From the IMG/VR virus record IMGVR_UViG_3300009702_000024: a stretch of 64,000 nucleotides of DNA; one strand, 5' to 3'. Below, piece after piece: positions 50,108 to 60,253 of the stretch. Source of the DNA: an uncultured virus (IMG/VR IMGVR_UViG_3300009702_000024) (lineage: Duplodnaviria > Heunggongvirae > Uroviricota > Caudoviricetes). Numbering within the stretch: position 1 is the stretch's first letter; each line of letters starts with the position of its first letter. Made by a program: the position numbers and the translations under genes. The notes below the pieces were generated by a model that was given only the letters and a program-made list of their open reading frames with translations, was not told where the DNA came from and did no database searches.

Positions 50108-53100
50108 TATGTTGAAGAAATTAATTTTTTATTCTTTTCATTGTACGTAATTCCAAAGACAGTTAAATTCTTCATAAAGAATTTGAATGCATCGTTTTTC
50201 ATAATTGTCTCGACACTTCTAACAGTAACTCTACCACGTTTGTTGATGTAATTTACAACTTTCAAAACTCCAGACGGAATGGTTATTCCACTCGATCTCC
50301 AGTAGAAACCAGTAGTTATTCGCATATCGAAATTTTTATCGCTGTGCTTCAGAATACGAGGACTATAAAATTCCAGTAATAATTTTTCAGCATCTATCGC
50401 TCGAATTCCATAAAGATAGACGACAGAATACTCTGTCGATGCTGGGTCTTTAACTCTACCAATAGCTTGGTAAAAAGCTTGTTTAGCAGAGTGTTCACGG
50501 AGCAAATTAGAAATAGTTGTCATGTCAATATTACCTTCTCGTGCGAAGTGAGTAGCTAACCAGTTAAATGAGTCTTGTGGAGGAACTGGCTGACAGAAAG
50601 CTAACATAACTCGTCTGTTACTTGCAACACCAACAGTCATGTCTGATCTATAATATGTGATTTCCAAAGTTGGATACTTTTTACCAAGTCTTTTCACAAT
50701 CATCTTGTAAAAATCTTTTTTGTTCGGTAGAACAAGCATAACATCTTTTGCTCCATGTTGCTTGATTATCATTTCAGCGTACTTAATTGCTTCATACTGT
50801 AATTTCTTCTGCCGATCTATACGAGTTATCGACACCTTTTTTGTGTCTGGAATGATAAGGCATTGTTTGTTTGTTTTCTGTGGATCTCCGAGATCGAATG
50901 TATTCCATTTTTTAATATTTAATAGACGATCCATAAATTGTAATGATGAAGGAGGAAGAGAGGCATCAGTGACCAATACCAATTTTCCAGCATCTATCAT
51001 TCTCATCAGAAAAGTTCTGATAATGTTCAACTCTGGTTTTGTCACCATATTTATGCTCGTATAATTCTGTTTATTTGTGATAACAGTCAAGTACCATTCG
51101 TCTTCTGACAGAGAAAGGTAAAACTGTGCAAGTAAAGATAGATCAATATTTGTCTTCTCTACTCCTCGTTGGATAATATTGTAGTAATCTAAAATTACAG
51201 CTCTCTGTTTTTCGGTGAGTGGATTGGTTATGATAAGAGTACTTTTTCCACCACGAATTGTCGTCTTTATCGTCTGCACACCTCTCTCAAGTGTTTGTAA
51301 ACATTCTTCGACAAATCCTACAAGTACTTGGGAAGATGTAGAATTGTCATATGCGACTCGTACTAATTGTTCCCGTATTCTATCAGTTTTAAGATAATAC
51401 TTTCCATACTTCAATCCAGCTATAGGAATAATAGATGGCTGACCTTCAATGATGCTCGAAATCTCATCGAGAAGGATAATATCGAAATCAGATAGCTCAT
51501 ACATGGTAAGTATACTCTGATCTGAGTCACTTTTTGCTGAAGCGAGTAATTTGGAATATGTGACAAACATAGTATCGTAGTGTTCTATATTTTTAAGAAC
51601 GGAAATCCTTGCACATTGGAGAGTTTCAGTATTAGCGTTTATAATCACCTCTCCATTATTAAATGCAAATTCTGAATTAAAATATTGGCACTCAGTATTT
51701 TTTGTATTACATGCTGGTTTTAAGATAAGAGGTAATTTATGAAATTGTACTCCAACATCTCCCCAATCTGGATTTTGATTTTTCTTACGATGCATTTCTC
51801 TTATCTGTAAAGCTATTTTCAGACATCCATTTGGATTGCTTGATAATACAGCTCCATTTATTTCCATATCGTATATTTCTTTAGCTATCTTTACTGCTTC
51901 TGGAAATGTTTTTGAGGCTATTTTATTCGTTGGCTCAAGTACAAGTAATCTTTTTTTCTTATTTTTAGAAGCAATTACCAGACTGGTTGTCAATCCAGCT
52001 CGTGTAGTTTTCTTGACGACAGTAGGTAAATTGCTTGTTATTAATATTTTTGCCCTATCGACAACTGCCTTGTATTTACCCACATTTTGTTGTAATTCAG
52101 TAGAAAGGTTCTTATTTATTCTCTCTTCTTTTTCTGCTTCGTTTTTCAATTGGAAAGATGGTGTATTCTGAAAATTCTGTGTCACGTACTGTCTACCACA
52201 CTTCAGACAATCTGAAGGTCTAGCTACATAGAAGTTACTCGTCTTATCTCTTAGTAATTGACATCCGGGCGGTCTTCGTGGATTTGTTTGTGTTGGTACT
52301 ACAAAGACATTCATATTTCTTTCTAACTCGTAATAATTGTTTGGTGCGTTGTCCTCTTCGTCATTCATAGCAAAACGTATGAAGAGAGCTATCTCTTCAA
52401 GTGTGAAATTTTTATGAAGAAGATAACGAGATATGAGTACTCTATTCCAGTGCTGAGGTGTGTTCTTGACAAACGCTCGTTTAATGCACGGTGGAGTTTC
52501 TTCAACATCTCCAGTCAATTTCTCTTTGATAGAAAGGATAATATTTTTCTGATGAACATCCAGTGTTTCAAATGGCAGTGGTACATTGAGTGTTACATAT
52601 TCACGCACATACTTACTCTTATCTATCGTCTGAATTGACTGTGTGTCTACAAGCACATCGCCAGTTTTCAGCACATCGATAGTTTCATACGGTATATTGA
52701 AATCAATAATCTTACAATACTGTAATTCAGTGTTTCTTATACTTGCTTTTATGTCAATGACAGTGGGATCTTTTCTTGTGAACAGAATTGGAGCACATAT
52801 GTAAATATTTGGCATGATTTTTGTGTAGGGAGAATAAGGCATTCTAAACACATGAACTCCTTTTTTCATGATCATGTGCCGATCTATAACAACTTCAAGC
52901 TTGTGCTCATCAACAGTTATCCAGCGAGTAATTCCTCTTTTGTAGTCGTGCCAATCTTCACAGTATGTGTCTACTTTATGGTTCTTTTGGCATTTATTCA
53001 CTATCTTCCACACTTTTTTGTACAAATTAGCTTTGGATATATTTGGAAATATTTTACGTACCATATAGCCACCTTTTCCACTCAAATAACAGAAGAAATT

Positions 53101-53442
53101 AGGATCTTTGTCAAGAATACTTTGCATTGCTGTCAATGCAGTTTTCAATTGTAAGTGTCGTAATTTAGAATTTGTTAGTACCATACGAGTATTGTTAGAA
53201 GGGTAAATATCCATATCAAACACGAACATAGTATGATCCTTTCCCTCCACAGATCGAAATGCGGAAGTATTTAGAGTGAAATTAGCACTGTCAGTTTTCC
53301 ACGATTTATCTGTGAATTTCTCGTGACCTTTCCCATCGGGAATAGCATTCACATAATTTACAGCGTTTCTAAGTAACTGTTGAGTACCATCCAATTTCAT
53401 AGCTTGTTTGACAATGTGATAAAGTTTTGATCCTTCGACCAT
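50098..53442 (-). CDS. Primase (AEP)-PriL-like-SF2 helicase-like fusion
   Basis: FDMD, SGKG, FRMPYS; PPC..HWNR..PGC..C; LVLEPT, LLDE, TDAS, QAIGRV. Confidence 0.7.
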   Translation of the reverse strand: MVEGSKLYHIVKQAMKLDGTQQLLRNAVNYVNAIPDGKGHEKFTDKSWKTDSANFTLNTSAFRSVEGKDHTMFVFDMDIYPSNNTRMVLTNSKLRHLQLKTALTAMQSILDKDPNFFCYLSGKGGYMVRKIFPNISKANLYKKVWKIVNKCQKNHKVDTYCEDWHDYKRGITRWITVDEHKLEVVIDRHMIMKKGVHVFRMPYSPYTKIMPNIYICAPILFTRKDPTVIDIKASIRNTELQYCKIIDFNIPYETIDVLKTGDVLVDTQSIQTIDKSKYVREYVTLNVPLPFETLDVHQKNIILSIKEKLTGDVEETPPCIKRAFVKNTPQHWNRVLISRYLLHKNFTLEEIALFIRFAMNDEEDNAPNNYYELERNMNVFVVPTQTNPRRPPGCQLLRDKTSNFYVARPSDCLKCGRQYVTQNFQNTPSFQLKNEAEKEERINKNLSTELQQNVGKYKAVVDRAKILITSNLPTVVKKTTRAGLTTSLVIASKNKKKRLLVLEPTNKIASKTFPEAVKIAKEIYDMEINGAVLSSNPNGCLKIALQIREMHRKKNQNPDWGDVGVQFHKLPLILKPACNTKNTECQYFNSEFAFNNGEVIINANTETLQCARISVLKNIEHYDTMFVTYSKLLASAKSDSDQSILTMYELSDFDIILLDEISSIIEGQPSIIPIAGLKYGKYYLKTDRIREQLVRVAYDNSTSSQVLVGFVEECLQTLERGVQTIKTTIRGGKSTLIITNPLTEKQRAVILDYYNIIQRGVEKTNIDLSLLAQFYLSLSEDEWYLTVITNKQNYTSINMVTKPELNIIRTFLMRMIDAGKLVLVTDASLPPSSLQFMDRLLNIKKWNTFDLGDPQKTNKQCLIIPDTKKVSITRIDRQKKLQYEAIKYAEMIIKQHGAKDVMLVLPNKKDFYKMIVKRLGKKYPTLEITYYRSDMTVGVASNRRVMLAFCQPVPPQDSFNWLATHFAREGNIDMTTISNLLREHSAKQAFYQAIGRVKDPASTEYSVVYLYGIRAIDAEKLLLEFYSPRILKHSDKNFDMRITTGFYWRSSGITIPSGVLKVVNYINKRGRVTVRSVETIMKNDAFKFFMKNLTVFGITYNEKNKKLISSTYQT

Positions 53443-53658
53443 ATACTTCTTTTAGAGTAACCAAAATATATATGTTTTTGTAGCCACTAATAAAATTAGT
53501 AGTAAATAGAACTTTTTGATAGTACTATACTACAATTGAACTATTGTGAAAGAAAACAATAAATGCATTTGATAGTAAACAATAAAAATAGTAACCTTTA
53601 TAATGGGTGAAATCTAAAGAAATATGCTACCGGAATGGTAGATCAGAAAGGTGACAAC

Positions 53659-54810
53659 ATGTCAGAAGAACAAGATCAAGTTAAAAAAGAGATCCCAAAA
53701 GAAGAGACTCTTTTTCTGAAAAATACATCATTTGATGAATTGAAATCTACAACAATCAATTTATTTAATGATGCCGAAACTGCACTTCTCACGAGAGAAG
53801 CTAACAGAGATACATTGGACAAGATAATTAAAAATTATCTATCAAATCAACTGTTCCATAATTATAGTATTGATAAAGTTATTCCAGCCATCAGAGATCA
53901 GTTCAAAAGAGAAGCACTGAGCGGATCAATTTCTACACTTCTATATGTCGGAGGTGCTGATTTTCTTGAGTCGTCAAGACAAAATCCAAGAAGACAGTCA
54001 GCACTTTTTATTCATGTGAAGGATGGACAGCTCGATCCAAATGGAGAACCCGGTTCTGGTGGTTTCTTCGACACATATGTTTGGGGATCCACACCACGAG
54101 AGAATGTGTCAGACAGATTTGAAGCTGGATCATCTTACGATTTGAAAATTACTGAAACTCTATCTCAAAGACAAGATGGGACACCAGTAACCTATTACAA
54201 CATTAAAGATTATCGTTACATTAAAGACGAAAGTGAAAATTTGGTAAAAATATTGGAAGAGACACCAACCCTAAATAAATTGCTCAGAGAAAATCTTGGT
54301 GAAACTGGAACTTTCACACAAGAGTACATGGAAATTCTTAGGAGTAGTGCATCTTTTTCATTCGTTGCTCTTAAAATGCGTATTACTACAGTGTACTCTC
54401 ACCGTCAAGGAGAACGAGTACAAGAAAATGGAAAGTGGGTGAATGTTTTCAAAGATGACTCTCCATATCGATCAGTCGTTCAAAAGGATGATAGACTGGA
54501 TAAGCGGTATCCATCGTTTAGTCTCAGTGGATATAGCAATATTGGTCAAGATAGATCAATTAGAGTTTTAGCTGGATTTTATCCACAGACATTAGGTCAG
54601 TTCTTTATCCATTCTGACACCGTTCAAGCTCTTATAGATGATCCATCATTCTTGAAAGAGACTCCAGAACACCAGTCACAGTTCATGTCTGTGACTTTGA
54701 GTGGTAAAGAATTCCTTATTGTTGGAAAACTAAAAGGTAATTTGAATGCTTCAGCTGACGAGAAGACATTGAATGTTGGACTCACAGCTATAGCTTTGAT
54801 AGAGCTTTAA
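53659..54810 (+). CDS. Hypothetical replication protein (possible OB-fold SSB)
   Basis: First gene after divergent region; AGGTGA RBS; beta-rich; near AAA-like gene. Confidence 0.35.
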   Translation: MSEEQDQVKKEIPKEETLFLKNTSFDELKSTTINLFNDAETALLTREANRDTLDKIIKNYLSNQLFHNYSIDKVIPAIRDQFKREALSGSISTLLYVGGADFLESSRQNPRRQSALFIHVKDGQLDPNGEPGSGGFFDTYVWGSTPRENVSDRFEAGSSYDLKITETLSQRQDGTPVTYYNIKDYRYIKDESENLVKILEETPTLNKLLRENLGETGTFTQEYMEILRSSASFSFVALKMRITTVYSHRQGERVQENGKWVNVFKDDSPYRSVVQKDDRLDKRYPSFSLSGYSNIGQDRSIRVLAGFYPQTLGQFFIHSDTVQALIDDPSFLKETPEHQSQFMSVTLSGKEFLIVGKLKGNLNASADEKTLNVGLTAIALIEL

Positions 54811-54827
54811 AGGAGAGTTGAAATGGA

Positions 54828-55061
54828 ATGGATTTCGATATGAAGACTATATCAAAACAAAAAAAGTTGATTGATGATATGCTTGTAAATATTCATTCCA
54901 ATTCATCCTTCTCGCATTTAATGTACACGAAGAACCCATATCGAAGTATTCTCGATCACGTGTATTCTCTTGGTGAAGATTTTTCTGATGTCCATGAAGC
55001 TATGAGTAAACATCGCATGTATACAGAGATTAAATTAAAACGAGTGAGAGCACAGAGATGA
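54828..55061 (+). CDS. Hypothetical protein
   Basis: ORF in operon. Confidence 0.55.
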   Translation: MDFDMKTISKQKKLIDDMLVNIHSNSSFSHLMYTKNPYRSILDHVYSLGEDFSDVHEAMSKHRMYTEIKLKRVRAQR

Positions 55062-55065
55062 GATA

Positions 55066-55881
55066 ATGCTAGGAAGCAACAAAAATTCTACCAAATCTAT
55101 GGATCTGTTGGCAATGACAAGTCATGTTTCAGATAATGCATTGCATTCATTCATATTCATTTATGGCAAAGAAGGTAGTTCTACAACGACATTAGCTTAC
55201 TCTATTTTGGGAGCAATCCCGAAAGACAAAAAGCTTTATGTCATTCTCACCGAACCACCTCATAACTCAACAGCACCTCTTTTAAAGCATTTTCCAGAGT
55301 ATGCTGTTGATGAACGAGTAATCTTCCCATCTAAAGACAATATTGTCCATCCTATTTCAAATAGACAACAGTTCCAATATTTTGTTTCACAAATTCTTTT
55401 AAAAGACGATGTGGGAGCAATACTGTTCGATGCTATTGACAGTTTACGGTTCATTCTCTACAATTATTATCTCAGCTCAAATACCAGTAATACACTCAAA
55501 GCTTGGGGGAAAGCTGATGATGATATAAATAGCAGTCTCATTCGTTTCGTGTCACTTCCTATTCCAAAAATTGTCATTATGAAAGAGAAAGCTGAGACAA
55601 TTGTTGGAAAGGACAGTATGGGTAAAATGAAATTTGAGAAAACTGGAAATATAGTTCCAGCATTCAATTCTGAAAAAGTTCAACGGTGGGCTTCTATGAG
55701 ATTTCATACATTGAAAATCGGTGAGTATGAAGTTGTAAAAACGAAAGGTAATGTTAAAGTTGGTGAGAAATTTCGTTTTGGATTTGATATTCAGAAACGA
55801 CAGACCGGTGTATGGTTACCAGAAATGCTCAAGAAAATGCAAGTTTTATCTCCAAAAAGGATGACATTGGACAGTAAATAA
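55066..55881 (+). CDS. AAA_24/Sak4-like P-loop protein with degenerate Walker A
   Basis: IFIYGKEGSSTTTLA, ILFDAID, WGKA, IVIMKEK. Confidence 0.65.
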   Translation: MLGSNKNSTKSMDLLAMTSHVSDNALHSFIFIYGKEGSSTTTLAYSILGAIPKDKKLYVILTEPPHNSTAPLLKHFPEYAVDERVIFPSKDNIVHPISNRQQFQYFVSQILLKDDVGAILFDAIDSLRFILYNYYLSSNTSNTLKAWGKADDDINSSLIRFVSLPIPKIVIMKEKAETIVGKDSMGKMKFEKTGNIVPAFNSEKVQRWASMRFHTLKIGEYEVVKTKGNVKVGEKFRFGFDIQKRQTGVWLPEMLKKMQVLSPKRMTLDSK

Positions 55882-55885
55882 ATTA

Positions 55886-56557
55886 TTACTGTGTAGTATC
55901 ATATTCAATTGGTTTATATTTTAATTTTTTAAACAATAACTTTTTTCGAGTTTTACTTCCATTAAATCTGATAAATCTGTGTTTGCGTGGTCGTTCAATT
56001 TGGTATAATCTACTTCCATATTCTTCTTTTAATTCTTTTAATGTCTTACCTCTGAAAATATTTCGAGAGTGATTTAGACTGTCTTTAAGTCGCCACTCTT
56101 TATGCTTGTCACTCAATCCGGTGTAAATGAATGACAGTGCTTTGTAAACAGTTCCTTTATGTCCTATTGATGTATCAGCATAGGAGACGATAATATCCTT
56201 GTCAGTTATCTGTTTTAGTAACTTGAATGTCCTTGAGACGAACCAGCTTTCTGTATTTTTTGGTGTAATATCTTCGATGAATAATCTAGTGAGTTCAATC
56301 ACTCTTGAACTTTCTTCTTTTCCAGCTATCCCTTTACATAAAGCTGGAGATGCTGGTTTTCCATAAATACACACACCTATCAGTTCACTCTCATCAAAAA
56401 GACCGAACGAGAATACAGTAGAACATTTTCTTTTTAGATAATGTCGTTCTTTTTGCCAATTGTTTGCAATAGTATTTTTTATCTGTTTTACAATGTAACT
56501 ATCTTTCACAATACAAAATAGATAACAGCTAATAAAAATATTATTACTTGTAAGCAT
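55886..56557 (-). CDS. Mom-family GNAT DNA modification protein (possible GTG start 56509)
   Basis: HYL, LIGVCIYG, ELTRL, NTESWFVS, SYAD, GHKGTVYKA, YTG, KHRF. Confidence 0.85.
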   Translation of the reverse strand: MLTSNNIFISCYLFCIVKDSYIVKQIKNTIANNWQKERHYLKRKCSTVFSFGLFDESELIGVCIYGKPASPALCKGIAGKEESSRVIELTRLFIEDITPKNTESWFVSRTFKLLKQITDKDIIVSYADTSIGHKGTVYKALSFIYTGLSDKHKEWRLKDSLNHSRNIFRGKTLKELKEEYGSRLYQIERPRKHRFIRFNGSKTRKKLLFKKLKYKPIEYDTTQ

Positions 56558-56609
56558 ACGAATGTATTAGCAAGGACAAGTTTTAATTATCTAAAAAGTA
56601 TTGTACTGT

Positions 56610-56939
56610 ATGGACAATTCAGATGATAAAAATGTGGAATATTTAGATATGGTGGATCGTAAAAATCTTCTCAATCGACTGATTAATGGTGTATCTCCAG
56701 AACTATTAGAAGAAGAGTACTGTGTGAATATACCAAATGTCGTCACAGCTTACTATTCTTGTCCACATTGTCAAAAAGATTTTCCTATCAAGCTTATTAC
56801 GCAAGACATATCACGTAATACACGTTTTGTCAGATGCCCTAATTGTCGCACTAAATCATTTATTACCACATTACAGAAATCCACCAATGTCGTCACACGG
56901 AAACGAGCGACAATCGATGATTTTTTCACAAACGAATGA
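56610..56939 (+). CDS. Zinc-ribbon protein with PIP-box-like tail
   Basis: CPHC...CPNC; C-terminal RATIDDFF. Confidence 0.65.
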   Translation: MDNSDDKNVEYLDMVDRKNLLNRLINGVSPELLEEEYCVNIPNVVTAYYSCPHCQKDFPIKLITQDISRNTRFVRCPNCRTKSFITTLQKSTNVVTRKRATIDDFFTNE

Positions 56940-56998
56940 TACAAAAATAGTATTTGACAATAAAAACCTTAAAGTAGTGCATAATACTATATTACCAT

Positions 56999-57415
56999 AT
57001 GAATAATGAAAATATTGAAATTGAAAAAAGAGAAGAAATACTAGACTCTGAAATTATACTTAGCATTCTCAAGAATATTTTTGATTTGCCAGAGAGAGGT
57101 GAGTCAAAAGCAGATCATGATAAATATCTTCTTGATATGTTAAAATTAGGAGGTCTCACTGAAAGACAAGCTATGTCTATAATTCTCTATGCTGATGGAA
57201 TGTCAGTAAGTGACATTTCAATGGAGATCTCTAACTCACGATACACACAGAATATTTCGGCAGCATTGTCACAAGCAGTAGGTAAAATTCTCAAAGCAGT
57301 AACTATCTTTGAAGTTGTCCGATACGACAAGAATTTTATCGCTAAAGTATTCGAGCGAGGAGCTGCAATTCAATCGACATATAAAGCACTATTGAAACCA
57401 GAAAATAAAAAATAG
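56999..57415 (+). CDS. Sigma-70 region 4/LuxR-like HTH protein
   Basis: LTERQAMSIILYADGMSVSDISMEI..QNISAALSQAVGKI. Confidence 0.65.
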   Translation: MNNENIEIEKREEILDSEIILSILKNIFDLPERGESKADHDKYLLDMLKLGGLTERQAMSIILYADGMSVSDISMEISNSRYTQNISAALSQAVGKILKAVTIFEVVRYDKNFIAKVFERGAAIQSTYKALLKPENKK

Positions 57416-57418
57416 TGG

Positions 57419-57649
57419 ATGATAATTATGAAACGAAAATATATTGACCCAAGTGATTTTAATATTTCTGAAATAATTAATACTGGTATATTAGCAAGAG
57501 GGAGAATGGATCTCCCATCCTCGTTGCATATGCTAGTTGGCAAATTTTCCCAAATTATAAATGATATTCTCAACGATATATACAATGAACTTGAGAACCC
57601 TTCAATAGATACAGAAGAAGAAGACGAGGACAGCGATCTTTTTAGATAG
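57419..57649 (+). CDS. Small acidic hypothetical protein
   Basis: ORF in operon with acidic tail. Confidence 0.5.
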   Translation: MIIMKRKYIDPSDFNISEIINTGILARGRMDLPSSLHMLVGKFSQIINDILNDIYNELENPSIDTEEEDEDSDLFR

Positions 57650-57803
57650 AAAGAATATCATCCAGTGCTTTAATAAAAGATATTTTTCTCTTTTGTTCCA
57701 TCTGCATCTTTGCAGCGTGATTTAATATCCGCTCATATGCTAATGGACTTATTCGTACTGATTTTGTTTCTAGTGGTGCTTTGGATATTGATTTACTTGT
57801 CAT
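57642..57803 (-). CDS. Ribbon-helix-helix-like regulator (53 aa, absent from ORF track)
   Basis: Hand translation MTSKSISKAPLETKSVRISPLAYERILNHAAKMQMEQKRKISFIKALDDILSI; GAGGT RBS. Confidence 0.6.
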   Translation of the reverse strand: MTSKSISKAPLETKSVRISPLAYERILNHAAKMQMEQKRKISFIKALDDILSI

Positions 57804-57942
57804 AATAATACCTCTTTATTACTTGTATTACTTGTGGATACATATATAAATACTTCTATGTGTTTAATGCGATATTGCAGAATTATCATACAAACATAAC
57901 AGCTTCAATACTTTTTTATGCGATACTACTACAATTGGTAGT

Positions 57943-58155
57943 ATGGTATCTATAACAGAAATAGAAAACACAGATATATTCTGCGTAGAATGCGAACAAG
58001 TACATACTCTGAAAAATACAATTTCAGTACCATTTTTTATTAGTGGTAAATCTTATAAATGTCCAGTGACAAAATATGAAATTGCGAGAACATTCAAAGG
58101 AAAATTCGTCTACTGGAACGGTAATAATTTTGTGAAGAAGGAGGTCAACAAATAA
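57943..58155 (+). CDS. Small Cys-containing hypothetical protein
   Basis: CVEC..H..CP. Confidence 0.55.
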   Translation: MVSITEIENTDIFCVECEQVHTLKNTISVPFFISGKSYKCPVTKYEIARTFKGKFVYWNGNNFVKKEVNK

Positions 58156-58506
58156 ATGAGTAGCATGAGATGGAAATCTCTACCAGCTCCTTTTGAACAT
58201 TATCGAATATACGAGAATGGGAAGGTGGTGAACACCAGATACAAAAGAAATGGTTGCTACAGAGAATTGAAATCTATTCTCAATAAAAATGGTTATTGGT
58301 ATATCGTGGCTTCAAATAATAAGCAAAGAAAAGCTTTTTTCATTCATCGTCTTATGTATACGGCATTCATTGGAGATATACCAGATGGATTTCAAATAAA
58401 CCACCGAAATGATAAATCTGATGATAATAGAATTGAAAATTTAGAACTGGTTTCTCAGAAGAAGAATTTAGAATATCGCTGGAAAAAGAGGCATAAAATT
58501 GAATAA
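58156..58506 (+). CDS. NUMOD4-HNH endonuclease
   Basis: WKSLP..YRI..NGKV, IHRL, INHRNDKSDDNRIENLELVSQKKN. Confidence 0.85.
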   Translation: MSSMRWKSLPAPFEHYRIYENGKVVNTRYKRNGCYRELKSILNKNGYWYIVASNNKQRKAFFIHRLMYTAFIGDIPDGFQINHRNDKSDDNRIENLELVSQKKNLEYRWKKRHKIE

Positions 58507-58686
58507 TTCATTATTGTAGAATGATAATAAATGTGATGATTGTGACACATTAGCTGAGGATGGTGAATATCCACCCAAAGATATTCTTTCGATTATTCTT
58601 GATAAATATAATACTAAACCAAAAATATTCGAATAAATTTATGCAAGGACAATAACCTTTTAATATGTAACAACATAATTGATATT

Positions 58687-59778
58687 ATGTTATTAGGGTT
58701 GACATTAAAACACCGAAAGTATAAGATTACTGTTCCATATTGGAAGAATCTCTTTTTCATCGAAGCTGAAGATGAAAAAAAAGCTCGATTAATAATAAAC
58801 AATCTACTTGAAGGAAGCAGAGTATCTCAAGAGTATATCGTTGAGAAGATGACTGTTCTGGATGAACGTTCAGAATTGATAAGGCATTCAGACATTAGAT
58901 GCCTTCTTACTGAGAACAGACGGGAGCATAAAAGTTGTGTTCACATGGCACACGATGCATTTTTTGCAATGTATCATAAGATAATGATCGATAAAGATAC
59001 TGATAATCTAAAAGAAGCGGTCTATGGACTGATAAAAAATTTAATCTATTCGTTTTTAACTGGATACAGTACCGATGGAGATGTATTGCGTCAAAAGATA
59101 TTCATATCACATATTGAGCAAGAGACATTGATAGTTGATGAAAACTTCAAGTTCATTATTGCAAATGCAATACAACGATCTATATCGGACGAGGAAAGCA
59201 ATAAAATTATAGATCCAAATGCAAGTCAAGATGAGAAAGAAATTATAATAAAGAAAGTTACAAATGAGCTTTATAATACAATACTTCTAAAGATGGACAC
59301 TGTTCTCAACGAAATTATACTTTACAGACCAAACAAGACAATAGTTGACATATATAATATCCCCATTGTTCCATGCGATCCAAAAATTTGTAAAATTCCA
59401 GAAATAACTGACATGAATGAAGTTATTGAGTACATTGGTACTCATAGAGATAGAATAGCAGTGCACGATGACATTACGGGAATAAAAGAAACTGTGTGGC
59501 TAAGTGATTTGCCACGTTACAAATACATACACTGGATATTCACTTTTATACTTAAAAAGAAATTACCAATAGCTCTTCATGGAAGAGATATAAAGACATC
59601 ACCAACAATGAGGTATTGTTCTCATTGTGGAGATGTACCAATACGAGAATGTCATATCGATGAAGACAACAAGTATATTCATAGATGTGGTAACAATCTA
59701 CGTAGTCTATGTTACTTATCAGAAGAAGACTACAATAAAATCAAAAAAGCATACAAAATAGAGGTAGAAAGAACATGA
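58687..59778 (+). CDS. Hypothetical protein with C-terminal Cys/His cluster
   Basis: 363 aa; CSHCG..HRCG. Confidence 0.6.
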   Translation: MLLGLTLKHRKYKITVPYWKNLFFIEAEDEKKARLIINNLLEGSRVSQEYIVEKMTVLDERSELIRHSDIRCLLTENRREHKSCVHMAHDAFFAMYHKIMIDKDTDNLKEAVYGLIKNLIYSFLTGYSTDGDVLRQKIFISHIEQETLIVDENFKFIIANAIQRSISDEESNKIIDPNASQDEKEIIIKKVTNELYNTILLKMDTVLNEIILYRPNKTIVDIYNIPIVPCDPKICKIPEITDMNEVIEYIGTHRDRIAVHDDITGIKETVWLSDLPRYKYIHWIFTFILKKKLPIALHGRDIKTSPTMRYCSHCGDVPIRECHIDEDNKYIHRCGNNLRSLCYLSEEDYNKIKKAYKIEVERT

Positions 59779-59987
59779 CACCGGATGAACAAACAACACA
59801 ACACTGGATAGCAGATGAATTGAAAAGACTTAGACAACTAAAAGTCTTAGAACTCAAATTACGAATACAAAAAGAAATCAAAGATATTGAGTTATACAAT
59901 TTTGAAGGGCACAAAGAAAAAGAAAACTACCAATACGATGTGTCCCAAATTCTTAAGGAGGTAAATTACATAAATGACCGAGAGTAA
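59775..59987 (+). CDS. Hypothetical protein
   Basis: GAGGT RBS, overlapping stop/start. Confidence 0.55.
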   Translation: MTPDEQTTQHWIADELKRLRQLKVLELKLRIQKEIKDIELYNFEGHKEKENYQYDVSQILKEVNYINDRE

Positions 59988-60061
59988 AATAGACCCACTG
60001 ACATTGGCAGTTATCACTGATCTGACCAATGTAATGTATATCGAGAACGAGGTCGAGAGTC

Positions 60062-60253
60062 ATGATTAGAATAGAACAAGATGGAGAATACTCTACTCTA
60101 ACAGCACCGAGAAATTTCTTCCCGCTCGTCTGTATGCTCCTTGAAAATTTGACTGACGAGGATCTAGACAAATGGATAAATGACCATTATCCCATCACAA
60201 AGGATAGTATCCATGAAATTAGAAATGAAATAAGGAGGAATTTCTTTGATTAA
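60062..60253 (+). CDS. Hypothetical protein
   Basis: GAGGT RBS; overlaps neighbours. Confidence 0.5.
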   Translation: MIRIEQDGEYSTLTAPRNFFPLVCMLLENLTDEDLDKWINDHYPITKDSIHEIRNEIRRNFFD

